A DNA stretch of 64,000 bases. Source: Acidobacteriota bacterium (GTDB lineage Bacteria; Acidobacteriota; Polarisedimenticolia; J045). Positions 1 through 8,401 of this stretch are shown here, piece after piece. A program made the translations under genes and the position numbers. Within the stretch, counting starts at the first letter, position 1; each line of letters opens with the position of its first letter. The stretch is from contig JAUZRX010000027.1 in NCBI GenBank assembly GCA_030949985.1, forward strand, positions 19,536 through 83,535, in the 5' to 3' direction. A model generated the notes under the pieces. The model was not told the DNA's origin. It saw only the letters and a list, made by a program, of their open reading frames with translations, and searched no databases.

Positions 1-1922
1 AAGCCCGCAGCCGCAAGGTGCCGATCTTCCTCTCGGTGGGTTACTCCACCTGCCACTGGTGCCATGTGATGGAGCGCGAGTGCTTCGAGGACGAAGAGGT
101 GGCCGACTTCCTCAATCGGCACTTCGTGGCGATCAAGGTCGACCGGGAAGAGCGGCCCGACATCGACGCGATCTACATGTCCGCGGTCCACGCCATGGGT
201 CAGCGGGGCGGCTGGCCCATGTCGGTGTTCCTCACCCCCGAGGGGAAGCCCTTTTTCGGCGGCACGTACTTTCCCAAACCGCGCTTTCTCGCACTGCTCT
301 CGCAAATCCGACAGGCCTGGGATGAGAAACGCGAAGCGATCGTCGCGGACGCCGGGAAACTCACCGATCACATCGAAAAAGCCGAGCGCCGCGAGCGGGC
401 GGGCGACCTGGACGAACGGCTCTTCTGGACCTTCCTCGAGGCGATGAAGAGCGAATTCGATCCGGTCAACGGCGGCAGCCGCGGAGCGCCGAAGTTCCCC
501 GCCTCCGACGACCTGCGTCTCCTGTTGCGGATCCATCGCCGTGCGGGCGACGAGTCCGCGCTCCAGATGGTACGCAAGACCCTCGACGCCATGGCCGCCG
601 GAGGCATCTACGACCACCTGGGCGGAGGCTTCTCGCGTTACAGCACCGACCCCTACTGGCTGATCCCCCACTTCGAGAAAATGCTCTACGACCAGGCCTC
701 GCTGGTGCAGGCCTACCTCGACGCCTGGGAGGTCACCGGCGACCAGGAATACGAACTCGTGGTGCGCGAGACCCTCGATTACGTCCTGCGGGCCCTGCAC
801 CACGACGAAGGCGGATTCTACTCCGCCGAAGACGCGGACTCGGAAGGCGAAGAAGGCAAGTTCTATGTCTGGACCCGTGACGAGTTGCGGCGAATTGTCG
901 GCGACGAGGCCTTCGCCGAACTCGAACAGAACTTCGCCATCTCCGAACATGGTAATTTCGAGCACGGCACCAACGTCCTCAGCCTGAAAGACGGGCACCG
1001 CCGAACCGGTCGCAGCGAGAGCTTGAAGGCCTCGCTGCGCAAGCTCTTCGAGGTGCGGGAGAAGCGCGTCCATCCCCACCTGGACGACAAGATCCTCACC
1101 GACTGGAACGGCCTGATGATCGCCGCCATGGCCCGGGCGGGGCGGGAACTGAACGATGCCCGCTACATCGAGCAGGCGGTGCGGGCGATGAACTTCATCC
1201 TCACCCACAGCCGCGACGCCGAAGGCGGGTTGCTCCACCGCTACCGGGACGGCCAGGCCGATATTCGCGGCTTTCTCGAGGACTATGCCTACATGGTCGA
1301 CGCGCTGATCGAGCTCTACCAGGCCGACTTCGACCCCCGCTGGCTGAAGACCGCCGTCGATCTCAGCACGCGCCAGGAAAAACTCTTCGCCGCCTCTACC
1401 GGGGACTACTTCACCACCGACGGCAAGGACCGCACGGTGCTGATCCGCAAGGGTGAGCAGACTGACAACGTGCGCCCGGCCGGTCGCTCGGTCGCCGCTC
1501 GCAACCTGCTGCGACTGGCGGACCTGATGGTCGATCCCAAGTTCGGCAAGCGCGCGGCCGCGGTCTTCGCCTCGACGCCGCGCTTCATCGGTCGCGCCCC
1601 CCAGGCCTTCTCCCACTTGCTGCTGGCCCTGGACTACGCCACCGACGCTTCCAAGGAGGTTGCGGTGATCGCCCCCCGCGACGCCGCTGCCACGCGAACC
1701 CTCGTTCGACGCCTCGAACAGGGCTTCCAGCCCAACATGGTGCTGGCCGTGGGTCCCGAGGGGAGCCCGGAGGTACCCCTCCTCGCCGGCCGCACGGCCC
1801 ATGACGGCCGGCCGACGATCTACGTCTGCGAAAACCACGTTTGCCAGGCGCCCACCACCGACATCGACCAGGCCGCCAGGACGATCCACACCATGCGCAG
1901 GCTCCGCCGATCCAAGCCGTAA
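1..1922 (+). CDS. Thioredoxin-domain protein of the YyaL/DUF255 (SPATA20-like) family; 5' end outside the window
   Basis: ORF 18..1922 stays open back to base 3 (ARSRKVPIFLSVGYSTCHWCHVMERE...). CHWCHVM thioredoxin-like motif followed by a long C-terminal region typical of the family. TAA stop at 1920-1922. Confidence 0.85.
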   Translation, partial: ARSRKVPIFLSVGYSTCHWCHVMERECFEDEEVADFLNRHFVAIKVDREERPDIDAIYMSAVHAMGQRGGWPMSVFLTPEGKPFFGGTYFPKPRFLALLSQIRQAWDEKREAIVADAGKLTDHIEKAERRERAGDLDERLFWTFLEAMKSEFDPVNGGSRGAPKFPASDDLRLLLRIHRRAGDESALQMVRKTLDAMAAGGIYDHLGGGFSRYSTDPYWLIPHFEKMLYDQASLVQAYLDAWEVTGDQEYELVVRETLDYVLRALHHDEGGFYSAEDADSEGEEGKFYVWTRDELRRIVGDEAFAELEQNFAISEHGNFEHGTNVLSLKDGHRRTGRSESLKASLRKLFEVREKRVHPHLDDKILTDWNGLMIAAMARAGRELNDARYIEQAVRAMNFILTHSRDAEGGLLHRYRDGQADIRGFLEDYAYMVDALIELYQADFDPRWLKTAVDLSTRQEKLFAASTGDYFTTDGKDRTVLIRKGEQTDNVRPAGRSVAARNLLRLADLMVDPKFGKRAAAVFASTPRFIGRAPQAFSHLLLALDYATDASKEVAVIAPRDAAATRTLVRRLEQGFQPNMVLAVGPEGSPEVPLLAGRTAHDGRPTIYVCENHVCQAPTTDIDQAARTIHTMRRLRRSKP

Positions 1923-2103
1923 TCACCCGGGGAGCGATCGCAGAGCACCCGCCCGGCCTGGGCGAAGCCCGCGTGGTGGCCCCGCGGGGGCATTTGAGTA
2001 GAATGGATTTTGCGCCAGCCCGGTCCCGCCGGGCGCTCGGCGATTTCCCAGCCTACGCATCCGGCGCGGGCCCTTGCTGCGCCGCAAATCAGGAGAAACT
2101 AAC

Positions 2104-2718
2104 ATGGAAGCTAACGAGATCCCCGTCCCTTACAACGTCGTCGGCAACCCGGCCCCCGAGTTCGAACTCGAGGGATACTTCAACGGTGAGCTGAAAAAGT
2201 TCTCTCTCGCCGACTACAAGGGCAAGTGGGTCTGCCTGCTCTTCTACCCCCTCGACTTCACCTTCGTCTGCCCCACCGAGGTGCTCAGCTTCTCCGAGCA
2301 CGCCAAGGACTTTGAAGAGCGCAACTGCCAGGTCCTCGGCATCTCCGTCGACTCCCAGTTCGTTCACAAGGCCTGGGTCGAGACCGCCAAGCAGGACGGC
2401 GGCCTCGGCGGCAGCCTCAACTACCCGCTGCTGGCCGACATCAACAAGGAAGCCTCTTTCTCCTACGGTGTGCTCAACGAGGACGCGGGCGTGGCCCTGC
2501 GTGGCCTGTTCCTGATCGATCCGGAAGGCACCGTGATGCATGCCACCATCAACAACCTGCCCGTGGGCCGCAGCGCCAAGGAGGCCCTGCGTACCCTCAA
2601 GGCCTTCCAGTTCGTCGCCACCCACGAAGGCCAGGTTTGCCCCGCCGATTGGGACGAGGGCATGGATGCCATGGAAGCGACCCCCGAAGGCATGCGGAAG
2701 TTCCTCACCAGCCACTGA
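2104..2718 (+). CDS. Typical 2-Cys peroxiredoxin (AhpC/Prx1 subfamily)
   Basis: Peroxidatic motif DFTFVCPTE and resolving-Cys motif GQVCPADW. ATG at 2104 is preceded by AGGAGA at 2091-2096, so the track start 2074 is probably too early. Confidence 0.9.
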   Translation: MEANEIPVPYNVVGNPAPEFELEGYFNGELKKFSLADYKGKWVCLLFYPLDFTFVCPTEVLSFSEHAKDFEERNCQVLGISVDSQFVHKAWVETAKQDGGLGGSLNYPLLADINKEASFSYGVLNEDAGVALRGLFLIDPEGTVMHATINNLPVGRSAKEALRTLKAFQFVATHEGQVCPADWDEGMDAMEATPEGMRKFLTSH

Positions 2719-2737
2719 GATTCGCCAGCGATCGTTT

Positions 2738-3620
2738 TCAGCGACGGGCGTCCTGCGGGGCGCCCGTTTCTTTCGCCCCGCGCTCCTTGCCGTGAAAGTC
2801 ACCCCGGCGGGCCTTCACCCGCAGGCGCCTGTCCCGTACCCGGACCTCGCCCTCCCGCTCGCCGTCGGAGCCAGGCCGTGGCGGAAATCCGAAGTCGTAG
2901 CTGCCGGCCTGGTCGCCGAGAGGCCGGGCATAAATGGCGCTGAAATCCTCCGGGTTGCCTATCTTACGGATCCGCCCTTCCGATTCCTGGGCGAGACCGG
3001 TCATGTCGCGGGAAAGCGGGGTGCGCCCATCGTGGGACTCGACGACCGCCACGTAGATCGGTACGTCGGCTTCCTCGAGGCACTGCTGCACTTCCTCGCC
3101 TGATCGCGGAGAGGAGCCTCCCCGGGCGTCGGTCACCACCAGCACCGTCCGCCGGCCGCGATGCCACGAAACCCGCCCAACACGAAGGCCGGGGCGTCGT
3201 TCAGCCGCGTTCCGCCCCTGGCATCGAGGCCGCTGGCCACCGCCAGCAGGGTCTGTCTGCCGAGGGCCCGTCGGTCCCAGCGCACCAGGGGGTGGCTGAG
3301 GGGGTCGAACTCCGCTGCCAAACCTGAACCGCTCTTCCGGGGGGCATCGACGCCGCCTGGGTTCGCCGCAGCATGAACAGCAGATGCTTCCCGGCGTACT
3401 GACTGGGGATGATGGCGCGCCGAATCCTGGCGGGATCGAGAGAGCCGTTTCCCGGGACAGGAGGGAAGCGAGGGAAGCGTCCGCAAAAAACTGGTAAAAA
3501 AACGAAGGCGCCGATGCCGGGGCGCGCAGCGGTGAACGGCCTTGCAGCGGCGTCCCCGAACAGGTTGGCGTCGGGGCCGCGCCGTCCCCTGCAGAGAGCC
3601 GTCGTCGGCCCTTCCGACAA
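2738..3620 (-). pseudogene. von Willebrand factor A (vWA) domain protein gene, disrupted by at least two frameshifts
   Basis: vWA-like pieces lie in three minus-strand frames. KHLLFML is in ORF 3201..3620. DRRALGRQTLLAVASGLDARGGTRLNDA is in ORF 3133..3813. RTVLVVTDARGG...VPIYVAVV...LAQESEGR...GSYDFGFPPRPGSDGEREGEVRVRDRRLRVKARRGDF is at the end of ORF 2738..5206. No single frame spans the domain. Confidence 0.45.
2743..2775 (+). terminator. Candidate rho-independent terminator downstream of the peroxiredoxin gene
   Basis: GACGGGCG (2743-2750) pairs with CGCCCGT (2761-2767) and is followed by TTCTTTC. It overlaps the 3' end of the convergent vWA pseudogene. Confidence 0.45.
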
Positions 3621-3811
3621 TCCGCAGGCCAGCGCTTATCATGGGCCACCCGGAACCGGGAGGCCCACCCCGACCGTGGCCACAACCACGACCTTCTGGG
3701 ACAATGGCCTCGTGCGGGGGAGGTGGTGAGCACAGCGCATCCCTCCCGCAACGAGTGGAAGGACGGCGCTCCGGTCCACCAGGATCGTCGTTCTGCTGGA
3801 GACGAAAAACC

Positions 3812-5074
3812 ATGCCCTGGATACAGACCGTACTGGTCGAGACTTGGGCCAGCCTGGCGGAGATGGCGCCCTACCTGATGCTGGGCTTCCTGGTGGCGGG
3901 GCTGCTCTCCGTCTTCGTCCCCCCGGAGGTGGTCGAGCGCCATCTCGGCGGCCGGGGTCTTTGGGCGATCATCAAGGCTTCTCTGTTCGGCATTCCCCTG
4001 CCCCTGTGCTCCTGCGGAGTGATTCCTGTGGGTGTCTCTCTTCGGCGCCACGGCGCCAGCCGCGGAGCGACCACATCCTTTCTGATCTCGACACCCCAGA
4101 CCGGCGTGGATTCGATCCTGGTCACCTACAGCCTGCTCGGCCCCCTGCTGGCGGTCGTGCGTCCCATCGCCGCCCTGGTCTCGGGCCTGCTCGGTGGAAC
4201 CGCCGTTTCGCTGCTCGAGAGGGAGGACCGAACCGGAGTTGAGGCGCCCGACGACGAGGCGCCCTCGTGCAGCGACGATTGCTGCTCGGACGAGGCGGCT
4301 TCCCGGGGCCGCCTGTACCGCGCTCTGCGCTACGGCTTCGTCACGCTGCCCGAAGACATCGCCCAAGCCCTGATCATCGGCCTGCTCCTGGCCGGGGTGA
4401 TCGCCGCAGTGGTGCCCAATGACTTCTTCATGAACTACCTCGGTACGGGGCTCGGGGCGATGCTGGCGATGATGGTCATCGGCGTCCCCCTCTACGTCTG
4501 CGCAACGGGCTCGGTACCCATCGCCGCCGCCCTGCTGCTCAAAGGCATCTCCCCGGGCGCAGCGCTGGTCTTCCTGATGACCGGGCCCGCCACCAACGCC
4601 GCCACCATCTCCACGATCTGGAAGGTGCTGGGACGCAAGACGGCCCTGGTTTACCTGGCCAGCGTTTGCCTGACTGCCCTGGGGACCGGCGCGCTGCTCG
4701 ACCTGATGGTCAGCAAGCTGGCCGCCCGGGAGATGCTCGGCCACGGGGCCATGCTGCCGAGCTGGGTCAATCAGCTCTTCGCCGTGGCCCTGGTCGGCGT
4801 GCTGGGCTACGCCCTCTACTCCAGGCGACGCCCGGCGAAACAAGAGACGGAGACGACGATGAACCCCCCAGCAACCCTTACCTTGAAGATCGAGGGAATG
4901 ACCTGCAATCACTGCGCCGGCAGCGTCCAGCGCACCCTCGCTCAGGCGCCGGGAGTGACCCGGGCCGAGGTCGACCTGTCCGCTGCCCAGGCCCGGGTCC
5001 AGGGCGAGGATCTCGACGTGGAAGAACTCTGTGCCCGAGTCCGCTCTCTGGGCTACGAGGCGTCGCCCGCCTGA
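3812..5074 (+). CDS. Multi-pass permease (ArsP/DUF318-like, putative Cu/Zn-type metal transporter) fused to a C-terminal heavy-metal-associated (HMA) domain
   Basis: The start MPWIQTVLVETWASLAEMAPYLMLGFLVAGLL at ATG 3812 is in frame with track ORF 3542..5074. Hydrophobic segments run throughout. There is a Cys-rich loop APSCSDDCCSDE and a C-terminal LTLKIEGMTCNHCAGSVQRTL (GMTCxxC HMA motif). Confidence 0.8.
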   Translation: MPWIQTVLVETWASLAEMAPYLMLGFLVAGLLSVFVPPEVVERHLGGRGLWAIIKASLFGIPLPLCSCGVIPVGVSLRRHGASRGATTSFLISTPQTGVDSILVTYSLLGPLLAVVRPIAALVSGLLGGTAVSLLEREDRTGVEAPDDEAPSCSDDCCSDEAASRGRLYRALRYGFVTLPEDIAQALIIGLLLAGVIAAVVPNDFFMNYLGTGLGAMLAMMVIGVPLYVCATGSVPIAAALLLKGISPGAALVFLMTGPATNAATISTIWKVLGRKTALVYLASVCLTALGTGALLDLMVSKLAAREMLGHGAMLPSWVNQLFAVALVGVLGYALYSRRRPAKQETETTMNPPATLTLKIEGMTCNHCAGSVQRTLAQAPGVTRAEVDLSAAQARVQGEDLDVEELCARVRSLGYEASPA

Positions 5075-5099
5075 CCTGCGCTGGCCGTTACGTCCCCTT

Positions 5100-5456
5100 C
5101 CGAGCGCGGCAAACCCAATCTGACCCACCCGGCAATTGAAGCAGCGCCCTGGCCGGCAGGCCCGCACCAGCAACACGCGCCGCCTGCCCCGCCCCTGCCG
5201 CCTCATCGATCACCTCGATCTCGAAAAAGTCAACCTCGGCGTCCATCCCCAGGGCGCAGGCCAGCGGAAGTCAAGCCCGCTCCAGCGGATCCCGCAACGC
5301 TCGGTGCACCTCGCGGCCCCCTGTCCGCGCCGTCCGCTCCGAGACCTCCAGCCCCTCAGTGCCCAGGATCCGGTGGATGCGCGCTCCCGTCAGACGCCGC
5401 TTGCGAGGCGCACGAAGAAGTCTCTCCGGAGAAGCGCACCAATAGTCATTCAACGC
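5100..5456 (-). mobile_element. IS21-family transposase (IstA-like) internal remnant, frameshifted and truncated at both ends
   Basis: The tail of ORF 5271..5675 reads LNDYWCASPERLLRAPRKRRLTGARIHRILGTEGLEVSERT, which resembles the PRKQRHTAKRI..RL region of IstA. The next frame downstream reads LGMDAEVDFFEIEVIDEAAG, which resembles PGE.QVDFGE at the start of the catalytic core. No HTH N-terminus and no istB. Confidence 0.4.
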
Positions 5457-5469
5457 GGCCCCCAGCTCG

Positions 5470-5729
5470 CCAATCCGATCCTCGGTGATGGCGATGCGCT
5501 GCTTCTCGACGGCGGGAATCGTACTATGGGTCCTGGCGTAGGGGCGGCAGGAGAGAGACTCGACGCCGCCGAGTGATTCGGCCGGGGTGAACGGCTCGAT
5601 GCGCTCGAAGAAACGGTCCACCGCCGCCCGACCGCCCTCGATGACGAAGGAGACCATGCCGGAAAAGCCGCTCATCTGCCGACGGGCGATCTCGTGCCCC
5701 GGGTGGTCGGGTAGACCGGGGAAGTAGAC
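5470..5729 (-). pseudogene. Displaced 3' fragment of a cystathionine gamma-lyase/synthase gene (duplicate of part of the gene at 10320..11465)
   Basis: Translates VYFPGLPDHPGHEIARRQMSGFSGMVSFVIEGGRAAVDRFFERIEPFTPAESLGGVESLSCRPYARTHSTIPAVEKQRIAITED. This is near-identical to the C-terminal region of the intact gene. It lacks the N-terminal ~290 aa and the conserved LSVGIED end. Confidence 0.85.
5547..5729. repeat. Left copy of a 183-bp direct repeat (partner 10461..10643)
   Basis: Base-by-base comparison by eye gives 4 mismatches in 183 bp. Identity stops abruptly at 5729/5730 and decays gradually towards 5470. Confidence 0.9.
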
Positions 5730-5848
5730 GATCTCCCGCCTCTGGAGACGCCTCCACTCGGAACTCGCTACGAGGTCACACCACGGTGCACGGAAACAAG
5801 CCGACGACCGCTAGCGTGCAACCGGGACGGAGCCAGCGCGGATACCGG

Positions 5849-8383
5849 TCAGCGCGCCATCAGCAGCACCCGGATCCTGCCCGTGCCGGTATCCAACCCA
5901 TCGATCGCCTTGCCGACCAGCGTCCCCGGGACGACCTCGATCGCGCGCATCGCGTGTCCCGGCGTCGGAGAACTGGTGAGCAGATCGCCAGGACGGATCG
6001 ATCCGTACCCGGCGTCGATGCGGACCTCTGCAATTCCGTAGGTCAGCACGGGGATCTCTGCCGCACCGTCACCGGCCGAGTTGCCCGCTGCGACACCGAC
6101 CACGCCCGGATCGGCGGCCGAGGCCGCCGTACGCAACGACCCGGAACGCTCCGAATCGAGCGTGAGCAGCACCCCGGGCTCGACCGGCCCCGTGACCGTC
6201 ATCAGCACCGCGCCCGGTGGGAGCGGGGATGCCGGCTCGGCCCGATCCTCCGGAACCGGGACCACGGCCGCAGCGCGGGCCCCACGCTCTACCGGGCCAA
6301 CAGTGCGCTGCTCCGGCGCCTCGGCATCCGGGGGTGTGTCTTGCCCCGCAGGATCGGCCCCTTCTGCGGTCACGGCAAGCTCCTCCGGGTCGGGAGTCGC
6401 ATCGACCGCCGGGTCGAACTCGTGGATCGCCGCGACGAGAGCGCGGGCTCGAGAAAGATCGATTGGGGCGACCTTCTCCGGAAACGCCACCGCCGGCATC
6501 GACCGGAACCGCTCGAGCGGCGTGAACGCGACGAGTTCCGGTTGCCGCTCGACCAGCGCGCGGTACGCAGCCATCGACGGGATCGGCGCCTCCTCGCCGG
6601 CCTCCTTCGGCTGGACGACCGGGATCCCCTCGAAGCCGATCCGCAGCCCCTGGACCAGGTAGTCGAAGGCGGCGCCGGCGCAAGCCGGATCGTCGCTCAA
6701 CACTTCGAGCATCTCCGTGCCGACGGCGGTCACGTACAGGATGCAGGAGCGGCCGCGCGGCGTGAGCTGGACCGTCAGCCCGACGTCCGGGTTCGTCACC
6801 CAGGCGAACGTCTCGTCGAGCGGAATCCGCACCGCGCCATCGACCAGCCGCGCGCTGCCGCGGACGTAGGTCCCCGCCTCGTTCCCCTCGAGGGAGGTGT
6901 AGACGATCTTCCGGGTCGGGTCGTAGGGGTGGTTCTGGACGAAGTTCTTCGCTCCGTTGCCCCTGGTCGATGACGCGCCGACGCTTGCGTCCAGGTACGT
7001 ACCGGAGTTGAGATCCTCGAAATAGCCACCTGCGAAGTTGCCATATGCATGAATCCCGCGATCGCCGATAGCCACATACGCGTACCCGCTGCTGTCGCTG
7101 TCCTTGAAGTAGCCGCCTCGCAAGTTGCCGTACGCTTCTATTCCCACGTCGCGAGCACCCACGTTCGCGTAACCGCTGCTGATCGTATTCTTGAAGTAGC
7201 CGCCGGAGTCACTTCCATACGCTCGAATTCCGAAGTCGCCGTTCCCCACGTACGCGTACCCGGTGTCGTTGCTATCCGAGAAGTGCCCCCCCCTCAAGAT
7301 CCCATACGCCTCGATGCCAACGTCACCGGTTCCCACGTTCGCGTAACCGCTTCCGTTGCTGTCCGCGAAGTACCCTCCCCTCAAGGTCCCATACGCCTCG
7401 ATGCCAACGTCGCCGATTCCCACGTTCGCGTAACCGCTCTGGTTGAGATCCTTGAAGTAACCACCCTGCGCGTTTCCATATGCCCGGATTCCGACGTCGC
7501 CGATTCCCACGTTCGCGTAGCCGCTGCCGTCACGATCCTTGAAGTAGCCGCCCCGCGTGTTTCCATAAGCCTCGATTCCGGTGTCGCCGGTCCCCACATA
7601 CGCGTACCCGCTACTGTCCCGATCGTGAAAGGAACCGCCCCTTATGTTTCCATACGCGACGATCCCGGTGTCGCCGTTTCCCACGTACGCGTACCCGCTG
7701 CTGTCGCTATCCGAAAAAAAACCGCCCCTGAAGGCCCCATGGCCCTCGATTCCGACGTCACCGATGCCCACATACGCATAGCCGCTGCCGTCGGCGTCGC
7801 GAAACCACCCGCCGGCCGTGTCGCCCGCACCCTCGATCCCGTAGCTCGCCTGCCCGGTCGCATCGACAGCCAGCTTGCCCATCTTCGTCTGGGTGGCCGA
7901 CGACGTGTCGAGAAACTCTCCCGCCGGACGACCGGCGAGACGACCCGCGTTCAGCGCCCACCCCGCCGCAGCCACCGGGATCCGCGGCGAGAGGGTCTCC
8001 GAGCCGACCTGCACCTCGAGCCACATGTCCCCATAGTCGCCAAACACCTGCGAGAGCGTCGTGTACGTCCCCGGCCCGGATCCGTCGAGCACCTCTCCCG
8101 TGCCGAGCTGGACACTGAACAGACCGCCCGCCACCGTCACCGCCTGGGTATTCACCGCCACGTGTCGGTCGACCAGAATCTCGTCACCGGCCACATCGGC
8201 ACTCCAGAAGCGGAACACCATGTCGTAGTCGCCGTCGAGCGGAGCGTCGGACGCGTCCCGCAAGACACCCTGGTAATGCATCCGGTCCGGCGGATCCGCC
8301 GCCAGCGCCAAACCGGCAGCGAGCCCCAGCACCAGAGCCAGGACGGCCGGGATCCTCACAACAGGCCTCTCCGATCGAATCAT
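5849..8383 (-). CDS. Secreted 844-aa repeat protein with tail-fibre-like architecture: signal peptide, N-terminal module, about ten 29-aa Gly/Tyr-rich repeats, C-terminal domains
   Basis: ATG at 8383 preceded by GAGGAG. Signal peptide MIRSERPVVRIPAVLALVLGLAAGLALAAD. Repeats follow GGYF.D.D.SGYA(Y/N)VG.GD.GIEAYG..R. The C-terminal part contains KNFVQNHPYDP and GDLLTSSPTPGHAMRA...GTLVGKAIDGL. Confidence 0.8.
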   Translation of the reverse strand: MIRSERPVVRIPAVLALVLGLAAGLALAADPPDRMHYQGVLRDASDAPLDGDYDMVFRFWSADVAGDEILVDRHVAVNTQAVTVAGGLFSVQLGTGEVLDGSGPGTYTTLSQVFGDYGDMWLEVQVGSETLSPRIPVAAAGWALNAGRLAGRPAGEFLDTSSATQTKMGKLAVDATGQASYGIEGAGDTAGGWFRDADGSGYAYVGIGDVGIEGHGAFRGGFFSDSDSSGYAYVGNGDTGIVAYGNIRGGSFHDRDSSGYAYVGTGDTGIEAYGNTRGGYFKDRDGSGYANVGIGDVGIRAYGNAQGGYFKDLNQSGYANVGIGDVGIEAYGTLRGGYFADSNGSGYANVGTGDVGIEAYGILRGGHFSDSNDTGYAYVGNGDFGIRAYGSDSGGYFKNTISSGYANVGARDVGIEAYGNLRGGYFKDSDSSGYAYVAIGDRGIHAYGNFAGGYFEDLNSGTYLDASVGASSTRGNGAKNFVQNHPYDPTRKIVYTSLEGNEAGTYVRGSARLVDGAVRIPLDETFAWVTNPDVGLTVQLTPRGRSCILYVTAVGTEMLEVLSDDPACAGAAFDYLVQGLRIGFEGIPVVQPKEAGEEAPIPSMAAYRALVERQPELVAFTPLERFRSMPAVAFPEKVAPIDLSRARALVAAIHEFDPAVDATPDPEELAVTAEGADPAGQDTPPDAEAPEQRTVGPVERGARAAAVVPVPEDRAEPASPLPPGAVLMTVTGPVEPGVLLTLDSERSGSLRTAASAADPGVVGVAAGNSAGDGAAEIPVLTYGIAEVRIDAGYGSIRPGDLLTSSPTPGHAMRAIEVVPGTLVGKAIDGLDTGTGRIRVLLMAR
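6989..7843. repeat. In-frame tandem repeat, 87-bp period, about 9.8 copies, inside the 844-aa gene
   Basis: Protein residues ~181-465 form consecutive 29-aa units (GGWFRDADGSGYAYVGIGDVGIEGHGAFR, GGFFSDSDSSGYAYVGNGDTGIVAYGNIR, and so on). Copies are diverged, not identical. Confidence 0.85.
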
Positions 8384-8401
8384 CTCGCCATCTCCTCATC
8401 A

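Noticed and set aside
1991-2003. TAGAAT as a -10 element for the peroxiredoxin gene
   Set aside because: There is no acceptable -35 element at 16-18 nt, and the TG is not correctly spaced for an extended -10. Too weak to call.
2738-5206. 822-aa minus-strand ORF, the longest in this region
   Set aside because: Most of it is antisense to the well-supported permease-HMA gene (3812-5074) and has low-complexity Arg/Gly/Pro composition. Only its last ~140 codons (vWA C-terminus) look genuine. It is a typical high-GC shadow ORF.
6989-7843. Regular 87-bp repeats as a possible CRISPR array
   Set aside because: The units are contiguous with no spacers, diverged, in frame, and translate into a coherent 29-aa protein repeat. 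This is a coding tandem repeat, not a CRISPR array.
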